From NCBI GenBank assembly GCA_027067575.1, contig JAMOVQ010000179.1:8885-72884 (forward strand): DNA of 64,000 bases. Direction: 5' to 3'. The stretch is from Thermoanaerobaculia bacterium (GTDB taxonomy: Bacteria; Acidobacteriota; Thermoanaerobaculia; Thermoanaerobaculales; Sulfomarinibacteraceae). The stretch's first letter is position 1. Each line of letters starts with the position of its first letter. Shown one piece after another: positions 50,930 to 59,363 of the stretch. A model generated the notes under the pieces. It saw only the letters and a list, made by a program, of their open reading frames with translations, was not told where the DNA came from and did no database searches. Both the position numbers and the translations under genes were made by a program.

Positions 50930-53489
50930 TCGTCCCTCGCCCCTCCCCCGTCGGGATGGGAACGACCGCCAGGTCCCGACGCCGGAGCAGGAGCGCCATG
51001 AAGATCCCGATGGTCGTCAGAATCGTGCCGATCCAGACGAGGCCGATCAGCGGCTTGACCGAAACGTCCAGCACGAGGCTCGGCGGAGCCAGCGGCCTCG
51101 GCCGAAGACGCGGATCGAACAGCCGGACCTCGACCCTGCCGTTCTCGGCATCGATCCGTCCGATATCGAGCGTCATGCCCCCGGCACCCGGGATCGCCGC
51201 AGGGGCGACCTCGGTGGTCCCGTCGGGCCGTTCATGGACCGACGCCACCACCTGGACGGTCTCGCCGTCCCGGACCACCGCGAACGGCACCCGGAGCTGG
51301 ACGTTGCCCGTCTCGTGCGCGCCGGCCATCTCGAACCCCTCGAACCGGACGGTGAGATCCCCGTAACGGAACGACTCGCCCTTCGCCAGCGTCACATCCC
51401 GGGCGATCCCACCCCCGAGCCCCAACAACTCGAGCCGAACGAGCCCCCGGGAGGCGTCCATGCCACCGATCCGGATCGCCCCCCCCGGCGTGCCGGGGAT
51501 CGGCACGGGCACCGGGGTGGCGCCGCCCTCGGAGGAGACGACGGACGGCTCGAGCCGCACGGGCTGCTCCCCAGGCCGCTCGAGGGTGACCACGACGCCC
51601 ACGGTGAACGCGCCGGGCACCGCGTGCTGGGAGGAGAGGTCGAACCCCTCGAAGGTCAGCTTCCAGTCGCGGAACGTCCCCGTCTCGCCCTTGGCGAGCA
51701 CGAGGCGCCCGCTGACCGGAGCGTCCTCGCCCGGATCGTACTGCTCGGGGGCGAGGTAGAGGTCGTGGGTGAAGAACCCCTCGATGTCCGGGTTGGCGAC
51801 GAGCTGATTGGTCTTCTCGTTGACCCACATCAACGGACGCATGGTCAGGTTCTTCCCCGACGGTGTCCGGACGTCCACCACCATGGCGTCGTGGGCGTCC
51901 GGCGTCGGGCGGTCGATCCCCTTGAACGTCATGGTGTACCCCATGACGTCCACGGCCTCTCCCTCGGGAAGCCGGACCTTCTCGCTCCGGTCGAAAACCC
52001 CGGAGACGAGGAAGGCGAGGATCATGACACCGACCCCCACATGGGACAGGTAGCCGCCCGCGGCGGCCAACCGGCCTCGCCGGAGGGTACGAATCACCGC
52101 CCAGACGTTCGCAAGAATGGAGAACGCGGCCGTCCCGATGTAGAGCAGGTTGAGCCACCCGTGGGCACCGAGAGCCGCCGCAGCGCCCGTGGCCGCCAGG
52201 GAGAGGCCGATGACGACGGCCAGCTTCCGGCCCGCGCCCTCTCGCGCCCGCTGCCACCCGAGGAACGGGATGATCCCAAGCCCCACGGAGAAGAGGATCG
52301 CCAGGGGAAGACCCACCGTGTTGTAGAAGTCCGGACCGACCTGGGCCGGCTTCTCCATCCACAGCCGCGTAATCAGCGGAGCCGACGTTCCGATGAGTAC
52401 CATCAGCCCCGTCCCGACGAGTACGATCACCCCGAGGACGAAGAAGACGGTCCGGGAAAGGAACGGCTCGTCACCGGTCTCTGTGGGGATCTCCCGCCAC
52501 CGCCAGACCAGCAGCCCGACGGAGACCAGGAGGAAGAAGGCCATGTTGAACACGAGCCAGCCGGTGATCCCGAGATCGACGAACGAGTGGACGGAGAAGT
52601 TCGCCAGAACACCGGAACGTGTCAGGAACGTGGCGTAGACCACGAGGAGGTACGAGAAGATCGCCAGCACCAGATTGAGCCGCCGGAACCGGTGCTTCCC
52701 CCGTTGGAGCACGAGGCCGTGCGCCAGCGCCGCGGTGGCGAGCCAGGGAACGAGCGAGGCGTTCTCCACGGGATCCCACCCCCAGTACCCGCCCCACCCC
52801 AGCGTCTCGTACGACCAGTAGCCGCCGAGCATGATGGCGGCCCCCAGCGTCAGGAGCGACAGCAGAACCCACGGCAACGAGACCCGGGCCCAGTCGTCGT
52901 ACCGCCGCATCCAGAGGGCGGCGAGGGCGAAGGCGAACGGCACCGCAAGACAGGCGTAGCCGAGGAACATGACGGGGGGATGGATGACCATCCACGGGTT
53001 CTGGAGCAGCGGGTTGAGCCCGTTGCCGTCGAGGGGGACCATCGACGCCGTCAACCCCTGGTGGAACCGGAACGGGTCCTGCTTGACCAGGAGGAGCACG
53101 AGCGAGAGCAACGTCAGGTTGTAGAAGAACATCACCCGCGGCTCGTAGTCGCGGGCGAACCGCATCAGCGGCAGGCCGAGCACGGCGGCCCAGAAGACCC
53201 ACAGCAGGAAGGATCCTTCCTGCCCTGCCCAGAACGCGGAGATCAGGAAGTGCAGTGGAAGCGAGTTGTCGGTGTACGCCGTGACGTAGAACACCCGGTA
53301 GTCGTGGGTCAGCAGCAGGTACATCAGCACGGCGGACGCCACGACGACTGCGGCGGTCATCAACACGTAGGTCTGGCGTGCGAGCCGCCGCCACCCCTCG
53401 TCCCCCCGGATCGCCAGGGCGTAGCAGACGGTGGAGGCCAGACCGAGGAGGAAGGCTCCCCAGATCAGGATGGTTCCCGGATAGTACAT
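50910..53489 (-). CDS. ccmF: Cytochrome c-type biogenesis protein CcmF (heme lyase), long form with extended C-terminal periplasmic region
   Basis: It is multi-TM with the WWD motif WGGYWGWDPVENASLVPWL. The 859-aa length includes an internally repeated beta-rich C-terminal segment and a final TM helix. Confidence 0.9.
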   Translation of the reverse strand: MYYPGTILIWGAFLLGLASTVCYALAIRGDEGWRRLARQTYVLMTAAVVVASAVLMYLLLTHDYRVFYVTAYTDNSLPLHFLISAFWAGQEGSFLLWVFWAAVLGLPLMRFARDYEPRVMFFYNLTLLSLVLLLVKQDPFRFHQGLTASMVPLDGNGLNPLLQNPWMVIHPPVMFLGYACLAVPFAFALAALWMRRYDDWARVSLPWVLLSLLTLGAAIMLGGYWSYETLGWGGYWGWDPVENASLVPWLATAALAHGLVLQRGKHRFRRLNLVLAIFSYLLVVYATFLTRSGVLANFSVHSFVDLGITGWLVFNMAFFLLVSVGLLVWRWREIPTETGDEPFLSRTVFFVLGVIVLVGTGLMVLIGTSAPLITRLWMEKPAQVGPDFYNTVGLPLAILFSVGLGIIPFLGWQRAREGAGRKLAVVIGLSLAATGAAAALGAHGWLNLLYIGTAAFSILANVWAVIRTLRRGRLAAAGGYLSHVGVGVMILAFLVSGVFDRSEKVRLPEGEAVDVMGYTMTFKGIDRPTPDAHDAMVVDVRTPSGKNLTMRPLMWVNEKTNQLVANPDIEGFFTHDLYLAPEQYDPGEDAPVSGRLVLAKGETGTFRDWKLTFEGFDLSSQHAVPGAFTVGVVVTLERPGEQPVRLEPSVVSSEGGATPVPVPIPGTPGGAIRIGGMDASRGLVRLELLGLGGGIARDVTLAKGESFRYGDLTVRFEGFEMAGAHETGNVQLRVPFAVVRDGETVQVVASVHERPDGTTEVAPAAIPGAGGMTLDIGRIDAENGRVEVRLFDPRLRPRPLAPPSLVLDVSVKPLIGLVWIGTILTTIGIFMALLLRRRDLAVVPIPTGEGRGTTRKGGA

Positions 53490-53547
53490 GCGTTCTTCCC
53501 TTTCCTGAATCGCTCGGATGGTGGTGCGAGACGCTGGACGTCACCGG

Positions 53548-53952
53548 TCAGGACGACGGCGTCGTCTCGAGTCCCTGGTACTTCGACGGGCACTTGACGA
53601 GGAGCTGCCCGGCCTCGAAGGCGCCATCGCCGTAGCTCCCCACCGCGACCACCTGCTTCGCCTCCTCGAAGTTCCCCGGTTTCGGCCCGTGGTACCGCAC
53701 GAGCATCGTCCGGCCTTCAGGATCCTTCATGAGGAACTCGAGCTGCCGGCTCGCTTCGACGTACCGTGCGCTCCCCTGGACGAGCTCACCGGCGACCTGG
53801 ACACGGGTCGCCCTGGCCTCCTTCGCCTGCTCGAACCCGACGTACGGTGTGATGTTCTTCCGGAACGAGGTCGCGCCGAAGGCGACGAACCCCGCGATCG
53901 CCACCCCTCCGATGACGTACCAGAGACGCCGTTGCCGTACCGGATCGCTCAT
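53548..53952 (-). CDS. ccmE: Heme chaperone CcmE, Cys-type variant (CxxxY instead of HxxxY)
   Basis: Start MSDPVRQRRLWYVIGGVAIAGFVAF (anchor), followed by an OB-fold body. The heme-binding position reads LLVKCPSKYQG. Confidence 0.85.
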   Translation of the reverse strand: MSDPVRQRRLWYVIGGVAIAGFVAFGATSFRKNITPYVGFEQAKEARATRVQVAGELVQGSARYVEASRQLEFLMKDPEGRTMLVRYHGPKPGNFEEAKQVVAVGSYGDGAFEAGQLLVKCPSKYQGLETTPSS

Positions 53953-54275
53953 GGTCCCTCCAGCCGCCGGACCTTCCGGTCCAGCCCGAAGACGTACAGG
54001 AACAGACCGAGCCAGATGATCAGGGTCACACCCATGACGGCCATCAGGCCCGAGCTCCCGCCACCGTCCGAAACAGCGGACGATGCCGCTACATTCCCGG
54101 CGGGATCGGGGGCCGGCGCCTCCACTTCGATGGCCGGCGCCAGGTCCGGACCACCGCTGTCCCGAGGTACGGCCGCCCGTGTTGCACCCCCCTGAGCCCG
54201 TACCACCGCGGCCGGGCCGCCTGCCAGAAGGAACGCAGCCACCAGGCACCAGCAGAGAACCGTTCTCTTCGTCAT
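53949..54275 (-). CDS. ccmD: Small membrane protein at the ccmD position (CcmD-like C-terminal helix)
   Basis: There are ATGA overlaps with ccmC upstream and ccmE downstream. The N-terminus is signal-like (MTKRTVLCWCLVAAFLLAGG) and the C-terminal TM is MAVMGVTLIIWLGLFLYVFGLDRKVRRLE. It is longer than the classical CcmD. Confidence 0.5.
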   Translation of the reverse strand: MTKRTVLCWCLVAAFLLAGGPAAVVRAQGGATRAAVPRDSGGPDLAPAIEVEAPAPDPAGNVAASSAVSDGGGSSGLMAVMGVTLIIWLGLFLYVFGLDRKVRRLEGP

Positions 54276-54943
54276 CACAGAATCTCCTCTTCCGCCTTGC
54301 GGCGCAGGGCCTCGATCCGGCACTCGAGATCGTACAGCCAGGCCGCGAGACCGGTGAATCCGGCGAGGGATGCCATGAAGACCCGGAACATCCGTGAGTC
54401 CATCGTGATCCGGCCCTTCGTGTTGATGATCGTGTCGGGGTGGAGCGACCAGTAGATCCGCGGGACCACGAACACGAGGAACGGGACCGTCACGAACGCC
54501 AGGATCGCGTACACGGCCGCGAGCGCCGCCTTCCGTTCCGGATCGGGAACCGCCCCGCGAAGCGCGAAGTACGCCGCGTAGATCAGCAGCAGGAAGGTGA
54601 TGGAGGTCTCCCGCGGGTCCCAGTTCCAGTAGGAGCCCCACATGATCCGCGCGAAGATCGAACCCGTCACCGTCGCCAGGATCGTGAAGACGATCCCCAG
54701 GGATGCGCTCGCGTGGGCCCGGACGTCCCAGCGCGGGTCCCGCGTCCGCAGGTACTGGACCGAGGCGATGAACGAGACCAGGAACGAGAGCGTGGCCACC
54801 CAGGCCGTGGGGACGTGGAAGAACACGATCCTGGAGGACTGGCCCAGGAACCCCGCCGCCGCCGGCGCCCACAGGAACGCCGCCCAGATGACGGCGGCCA
54901 TCCACAGAAAGAGCGCCCCGAGCAGGATGTCTCGCCTAGTCAT
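54275..54943 (-). CDS. ccmC: Heme exporter protein CcmC
   Basis: The WWD motif is MWGSYWNWDPRETS. Conserved His contexts are FFHVP and SLHP. Confidence 0.9.
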   Translation of the reverse strand: MTRRDILLGALFLWMAAVIWAAFLWAPAAAGFLGQSSRIVFFHVPTAWVATLSFLVSFIASVQYLRTRDPRWDVRAHASASLGIVFTILATVTGSIFARIMWGSYWNWDPRETSITFLLLIYAAYFALRGAVPDPERKAALAAVYAILAFVTVPFLVFVVPRIYWSLHPDTIINTKGRITMDSRMFRVFMASLAGFTGLAAWLYDLECRIEALRRKAEEEIL

Positions 54944-55616
54944 GCCACACCACCGGAAACAGGAACGCCGAAGCAACGGTCATCACACCTCCCAGGGACA
55001 CCACCGCCCGCAGCGCAGCGAGGACGTCGGGCACCCTCCCCTCGATCGCGGCCCGCGTTCCCTGGATGAGGAACACGAGGAGCGGGAGGAGAAGCGGTAC
55101 CGAGAGCACCGCGAACAGCGCTCCTCGACTCATCGCCCGCGCCACGATCGCTGCGACGATGGTGGTCGTCACCGCCAGCGCCAGGCAGCCGGCGGCCAGC
55201 ACGAGTATGAACCATCCCGGAGTCCGGACCGACAGTCCCATCAGCACCACGTACAACGGCACGAGGATCGCCATGAGCAGCGCCAGGGTCACGGTATTGA
55301 AAAGGAGCTTGCCGCCCCAGACGACGAGGGGACGCGCCGCGAGCCGCAGCAGAGGCGCCGTGTGGGTCTCCTCCTCCTTGACGAACGAGCGGTCGAGCCC
55401 GGCCATGGCGGCAAAGAAGACGACGATCCACAAGAGCGCCCCAAGCAGGTACGGCCGGTCCGCCTCGGCGATCCCGTACGGCCCGATGGTGTAGGAGACC
55501 GCGGCCAGCGTGGTCACCGCGAACAGCGCCAGGGAGTTGAACGCCACACGGGTCCGGAACTCGCACCGCATGTCCTTGGCGAACACGGCCATGGTCTCAC
55601 CCAGGAAGCGCCACAC
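54936..55616 (-). CDS. ccmB: Heme exporter membrane protein CcmB
   Basis: It has six hydrophobic segments and sits between ccmA and ccmC. An alternative start is at 55592 (MAVFAKDM). Confidence 0.85.
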   Translation of the reverse strand: MWRFLGETMAVFAKDMRCEFRTRVAFNSLALFAVTTLAAVSYTIGPYGIAEADRPYLLGALLWIVVFFAAMAGLDRSFVKEEETHTAPLLRLAARPLVVWGGKLLFNTVTLALLMAILVPLYVVLMGLSVRTPGWFILVLAAGCLALAVTTTIVAAIVARAMSRGALFAVLSVPLLLPLLVFLIQGTRAAIEGRVPDVLAALRAVVSLGGVMTVASAFLFPVVWHD

Positions 55617-56235
55617 GGTCCGTCCCCCACGTCATCTCGTCCCGGTCGTTCGTCGCCACCACCACGGTGCGGCCCTCCTCCGCCATCCCCCGGACGAACT
55701 CCGCGAGCCAGTCCTGCCCGTCGGGATCCAGGTTGGCGCCGGGCTCGTCGAGCAACAGGACGTCCGGGTCGTGAAGTACCGCCTGCGCGAGCTTCAGGCG
55801 CTGCTGCATCCCCGTGGAGAACCCTCCCACCACCGTCGGCCTGTCCGGATCGAGCCCCACCGCCACGAGACCGTTCCTCAGCCGGTCCCCGTCCACCTCC
55901 AGCCCCCGCACGCGGGCGCAGAACTCCAGGTTCTCCATCGCGGTCAGCTCCTCGTACAGCGCGAGGGCCGGGGCCGCCATCCCGATCCGGTGCCGCCATT
56001 CCTCCCTGGGCACCTCGCCGTCCCCGTCGAGGTAGCGGACCTCTCCCCGCGTCGGCCGGATCAGCCCGGCGAGGATCTGGAGCAGCGTCGACTTGCCGGA
56101 GCCGTTCGGCCCCGTCAGCACGAGGATCGATCCAGGCCGCGCCTGGCCCGCGATCCCCCGCATGACGACCCGTCTTCCGAACCGCTTGCCGATGCCCTCG
56201 AACCGGATCGTGACCCCTCTCCGCACCGGGCACAC
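55597..56235 (-). CDS. ccmA: Heme exporter ATP-binding protein CcmA
   Basis: Walker A is GPNGSGKST, the ABC signature is FSTGMQQRL, and Walker B is LLLDEP. Confidence 0.85.
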   Translation of the reverse strand: MCPVRRGVTIRFEGIGKRFGRRVVMRGIAGQARPGSILVLTGPNGSGKSTLLQILAGLIRPTRGEVRYLDGDGEVPREEWRHRIGMAAPALALYEELTAMENLEFCARVRGLEVDGDRLRNGLVAVGLDPDRPTVVGGFSTGMQQRLKLAQAVLHDPDVLLLDEPGANLDPDGQDWLAEFVRGMAEEGRTVVVATNDRDEMTWGTDRVALPG

Positions 56236-56260
56236 CTTACCATGCCCGGCCCCTCCCGGA

Positions 56261-57328
56261 TCACTTCCCGCCTGAACCCGCCGTCCCGTCCTCGGCCGTC
56301 AATCCGAGCCGCCGCATCTTCTTGAACAGACCGGCCCGCGTCAGACCCAGCCGCTCCGCCGCCCGTTGCCGGTGGCCTCCGACCTCGGCGAGAACCCTCG
56401 TGATGAACGCCCGTTCGAACCCGGCCACGGCATCGGCCAGAGTCACCCCGGGGAACTGCCCGGACTGGGACGCCGCGTCCACTTCCCCGTTCCCGTTGCC
56501 AGCCTCTGTCCGGGTCTTCCGTTCCAGCACGATCCCCAGAGCCGCTCTGAGCGCCCTGATCTCCACATCTGCCGGGACGACCCGGGCGAGATCCAGCACG
56601 AGCAGGTGGTTGGCTCCAACGGTCACGAGCCGGGTGGACTCGCCCACGGCGACCTCCCCGGGGAACGACTCTCCAGGCCCTGCAGGACTCCCGACTCCCT
56701 CTAGGAGCTTCTCGAGCCTCCCCCCCTGGAGCAGACGGCCGGTGTTCCCCGCACTGGCCACAACCCCGAGGGAGCCGGCTCTCTCCCGGACGATCACGAG
56801 AGCTCCCCGCACCTCGAGCCGCTGGACGGCCCATTCGAGAACGGGAACGGCTCCCCCGCCCCTGCATCCTTCCGCGATGTGCTCCATCAGCTCCACGATC
56901 TCGGCAAGGCCGAGACCCGACTGGTGGTGCACCGTCTCCTCGGAACGCTGCTCATCCCCGCCCCCCACCTGCTGTTCCCGAGTGGGGGTAGCCCTGTCGG
57001 GACTGTCGGGAACCGCTCCGAACGTGCCGGAGCTCATCTCCACCACCACGAACCTCGCCGAGGAGAGCATGACGGGATCGCCGCACCGGAAGGTCGCCGT
57101 GGTCACCCGTCGGCCATCGATCCACGTCCCGTTCTTGCTGTCCAGATCGACGATTCGGAGGGAGCCGGGGCCGACGGCCAGCTTCGCATGCCGGCGCGAG
57201 ACGTCCGGCTGTGGAAGGACGATGTCGTTGTCCTCCCTGGAGCCGATGGCGTACACCTTCCCCGGCTCCAGCTCGTGCCACTGTTCACCAAGCTCCGGAT
57301 GGTTGTAGACGAGAACGAGCCGTTTCAC
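56261..57328 (-). CDS. FHA domain / GAF-like middle domain / Fis-type HTH regulator
   Basis: FHA motifs are YAIGSREDNDIVLPQPDVSRRHAKL...DLDSKNGTWIDGRRV. The C-terminal HTH_8 is FERAFITRVLAEVGGHRQRAAERLGLTRAGLFKKMRRLGL. No AAA+ sigma54-activation domain is present. Confidence 0.75.
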   Translation of the reverse strand: MKRLVLVYNHPELGEQWHELEPGKVYAIGSREDNDIVLPQPDVSRRHAKLAVGPGSLRIVDLDSKNGTWIDGRRVTTATFRCGDPVMLSSARFVVVEMSSGTFGAVPDSPDRATPTREQQVGGGDEQRSEETVHHQSGLGLAEIVELMEHIAEGCRGGGAVPVLEWAVQRLEVRGALVIVRERAGSLGVVASAGNTGRLLQGGRLEKLLEGVGSPAGPGESFPGEVAVGESTRLVTVGANHLLVLDLARVVPADVEIRALRAALGIVLERKTRTEAGNGNGEVDAASQSGQFPGVTLADAVAGFERAFITRVLAEVGGHRQRAAERLGLTRAGLFKKMRRLGLTAEDGTAGSGGK

Positions 57329-57337
57329 CGTACCTCC

Positions 57338-58018
57338 TCAGGCCACCCGGTCGGCCCGGATCACCATGTAGCCGGAAAGGGACCCCGGAACGAACCGGAA
57401 ATGGAGCCGCGCGAGATCCCGGCGGACCTCCACCACGGCCGCGTCTCCGTTCACAGTCCTGAAACTCCGGCTCGCCTTGCGAAGCACACGCGCCCTGACC
57501 CCGAGGGAAACCTCCTCGATCGTCGCGAGATCATCGAGAAGCAGGACGATCCGGAGCGGAGCTTCGAGATCCAGTGCGAGCTCGAGGAAGGTCGTGTCCA
57601 GCGCCTCCACCAGTTCGTCCAGTGTCAGGCCCCGCTGGCCCCAGAGACCGACCGGTTCCATCGCAAGGACTGCAAGCCCTCGCTTGACAGCGTCCCGGCA
57701 GACCGCCAGGACGCTCCTCCGTACGTCACCCGGCCGGCAGCTCGGCGTGTGCTCGAGGTCGTGGACAACCGCCTGGTAGAGCCAATGGCGACGCCCCCCC
57801 CGAGGCCGCAGTAGCAGGTACCGGCCCTGGGGCAACGGCCGATGGTGCGCGATGGCCATGTAGGCCGAGTCGAGATCGTTCGCCGCATCGAGGTCGAGGA
57901 ACGGTGGAGCGCTCAGTACGAGGTTTCGATCCTCCTGGACGATCAGTGCGTCCGGCTCGAGCCGCCGCTCCATCGCGTCGCGAAGGTCCAGGTCGAAGCG
58001 CAGTACCGGCTGGCTCAC
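57338..58018 (-). CDS. Hypothetical protein
   Basis: GTG start at 58018 is assumed. The codon usage looks coding (strong GC3). No motif was recognised. The stop lies 10 nt upstream of the FHA gene start. Confidence 0.4.
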   Translation of the reverse strand: MSQPVLRFDLDLRDAMERRLEPDALIVQEDRNLVLSAPPFLDLDAANDLDSAYMAIAHHRPLPQGRYLLLRPRGGRRHWLYQAVVHDLEHTPSCRPGDVRRSVLAVCRDAVKRGLAVLAMEPVGLWGQRGLTLDELVEALDTTFLELALDLEAPLRIVLLLDDLATIEEVSLGVRARVLRKASRSFRTVNGDAAVVEVRRDLARLHFRFVPGSLSGYMVIRADRVA

Positions 58019-58097
58019 GCATCCAGTGTACCGCACTGCCCCGGAGCCAGACGAGTGCCCCCGCCTGTCACTCGAGCAGCCGTCCACCCATCTTTCC

Positions 58098-58946
58098 TCA
58101 CCCGCGTCCTCCCGTGCGGCGTTCCGGATCGCGGCCCCCGAGCTCCAGGCAGCGGCGGTACGCCGCCCAGACGGCGTCCGAGAGCACCGTGCGGAGACGG
58201 CCCCTCTCGAGCTGGTAGAGCGCCTCGGCCGTGGTTCCACCCGGCGAGGTCACCTGGTTGCGCATCCGCGCCACGTGCTCCGGCGCCTCCACGGCGTACT
58301 CCGCCGCCCCGAGGACCGTCTGCCGGACGAGCCGGGCGGCCACCCGACGTGAGAAGCCGAGGTGTACGCCAGCCTCGATCAGCGCCTCCATGAACAGGAA
58401 GACGTACGCGGGACCGGTTCCCGAGAGCGCCGTCGCCATGTCGATCTCCTCCTCGTGATCGACCCGCTCCTCCTCCCCCAGCGCCGAGAGCATGGTCCGG
58501 ACCCGCTCCCGTTCCGGCCCGCCGACGGCGTCCGTCGCCGTCCACACCGACATGCCGTGGCCGATCTGGGCAGGGGTGTTCGGCATCACCCGGACCACCC
58601 GCGACACACCGAGCGCCTCACCGATCCGGCCCATGGTCGTACCGGCCACGATGCTCACCACTGTCGAACCGGACGCCACCGCCCCGTCGAGACTCCCGAG
58701 GACCTCACCCAGCCGTTGCGGCTTCACCGCGAGCACGACGATGGTCGAGCCACGGGCCGCCTCCGCGTTGTCGGCCGTGACCGCGATCCCGTAGCGCTCG
58801 GCCAGCTCCTCCCTGCGCTCTTCCCGGGGGTGGCTCGCGACGATCCGGGCCGGAGGAAGGAGGTCGTGCCGCAGCAGCCCCTTCACCATCGCCTCGCCCA
58901 TGGTCCCGCACCCGATGAACGCGACCTGCTCGTTCCGCAACGCCAT
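58098..58946 (-). CDS. proC: Pyrroline-5-carboxylate reductase
   Basis: VAFIGCGTMGEAM (Rossmann), RVMPNTPAQIG, GSGPAY-type (SGTGPAYVF) and SPGGTT are present. Confidence 0.9.
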   Translation of the reverse strand: MALRNEQVAFIGCGTMGEAMVKGLLRHDLLPPARIVASHPREERREELAERYGIAVTADNAEAARGSTIVVLAVKPQRLGEVLGSLDGAVASGSTVVSIVAGTTMGRIGEALGVSRVVRVMPNTPAQIGHGMSVWTATDAVGGPERERVRTMLSALGEEERVDHEEEIDMATALSGTGPAYVFLFMEALIEAGVHLGFSRRVAARLVRQTVLGAAEYAVEAPEHVARMRNQVTSPGGTTAEALYQLERGRLRTVLSDAVWAAYRRCLELGGRDPERRTGGRG

Positions 58947-58999
58947 CGCAACCTCCCGCCCGATGGTACTCCCTCCCAGCGGTGACTGCTGCCCTGGCC

Positions 59000-59266
59000 T
59001 CACCCTCCCCGGAGACCAGTGAGGAGGAACAGGAGCACGACGCCGAACGCGACCACAGCGAGCACGAGGAGCCTCCCCCAGACCGGCGGAACCCTTCCAA
59101 GATCAACGAGCAGGCGGTACTCCTCGAGGAGAACCAGAGCCCCCTCCGCCGGATCGCCCCGATCTCCGAGGGCTCGCCAGACGTGGCGGCGGATCATCGC
59201 CCACGAACCGGCTGCCAGGATGCCGGACGCCACGGCCACCAGGCCCAGAGCTCCGCTGCTCTCCAT
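59000..59266 (-). CDS. Possible small two-TM membrane protein
   Basis: An internal ATG gives MESSGALGLVAVASGILAAGSWAMI...LLVLAVVAFGVVLLFLLTGL. It ends 4 nt inside the proC upstream region. There is no homology evidence. Confidence 0.3.
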   Translation of the reverse strand: MESSGALGLVAVASGILAAGSWAMIRRHVWRALGDRGDPAEGALVLLEEYRLLVDLGRVPPVWGRLLVLAVVAFGVVLLFLLTGLRGG

Positions 59267-59363
59267 ACCACCGATGATGGGATGCGCCCCATCGCCCCGC
59301 CATGGCCCCCGGCGACACCTTCCAGGATGAACGCGACAGGATCGCGGAAGGGTACAATGAGTC

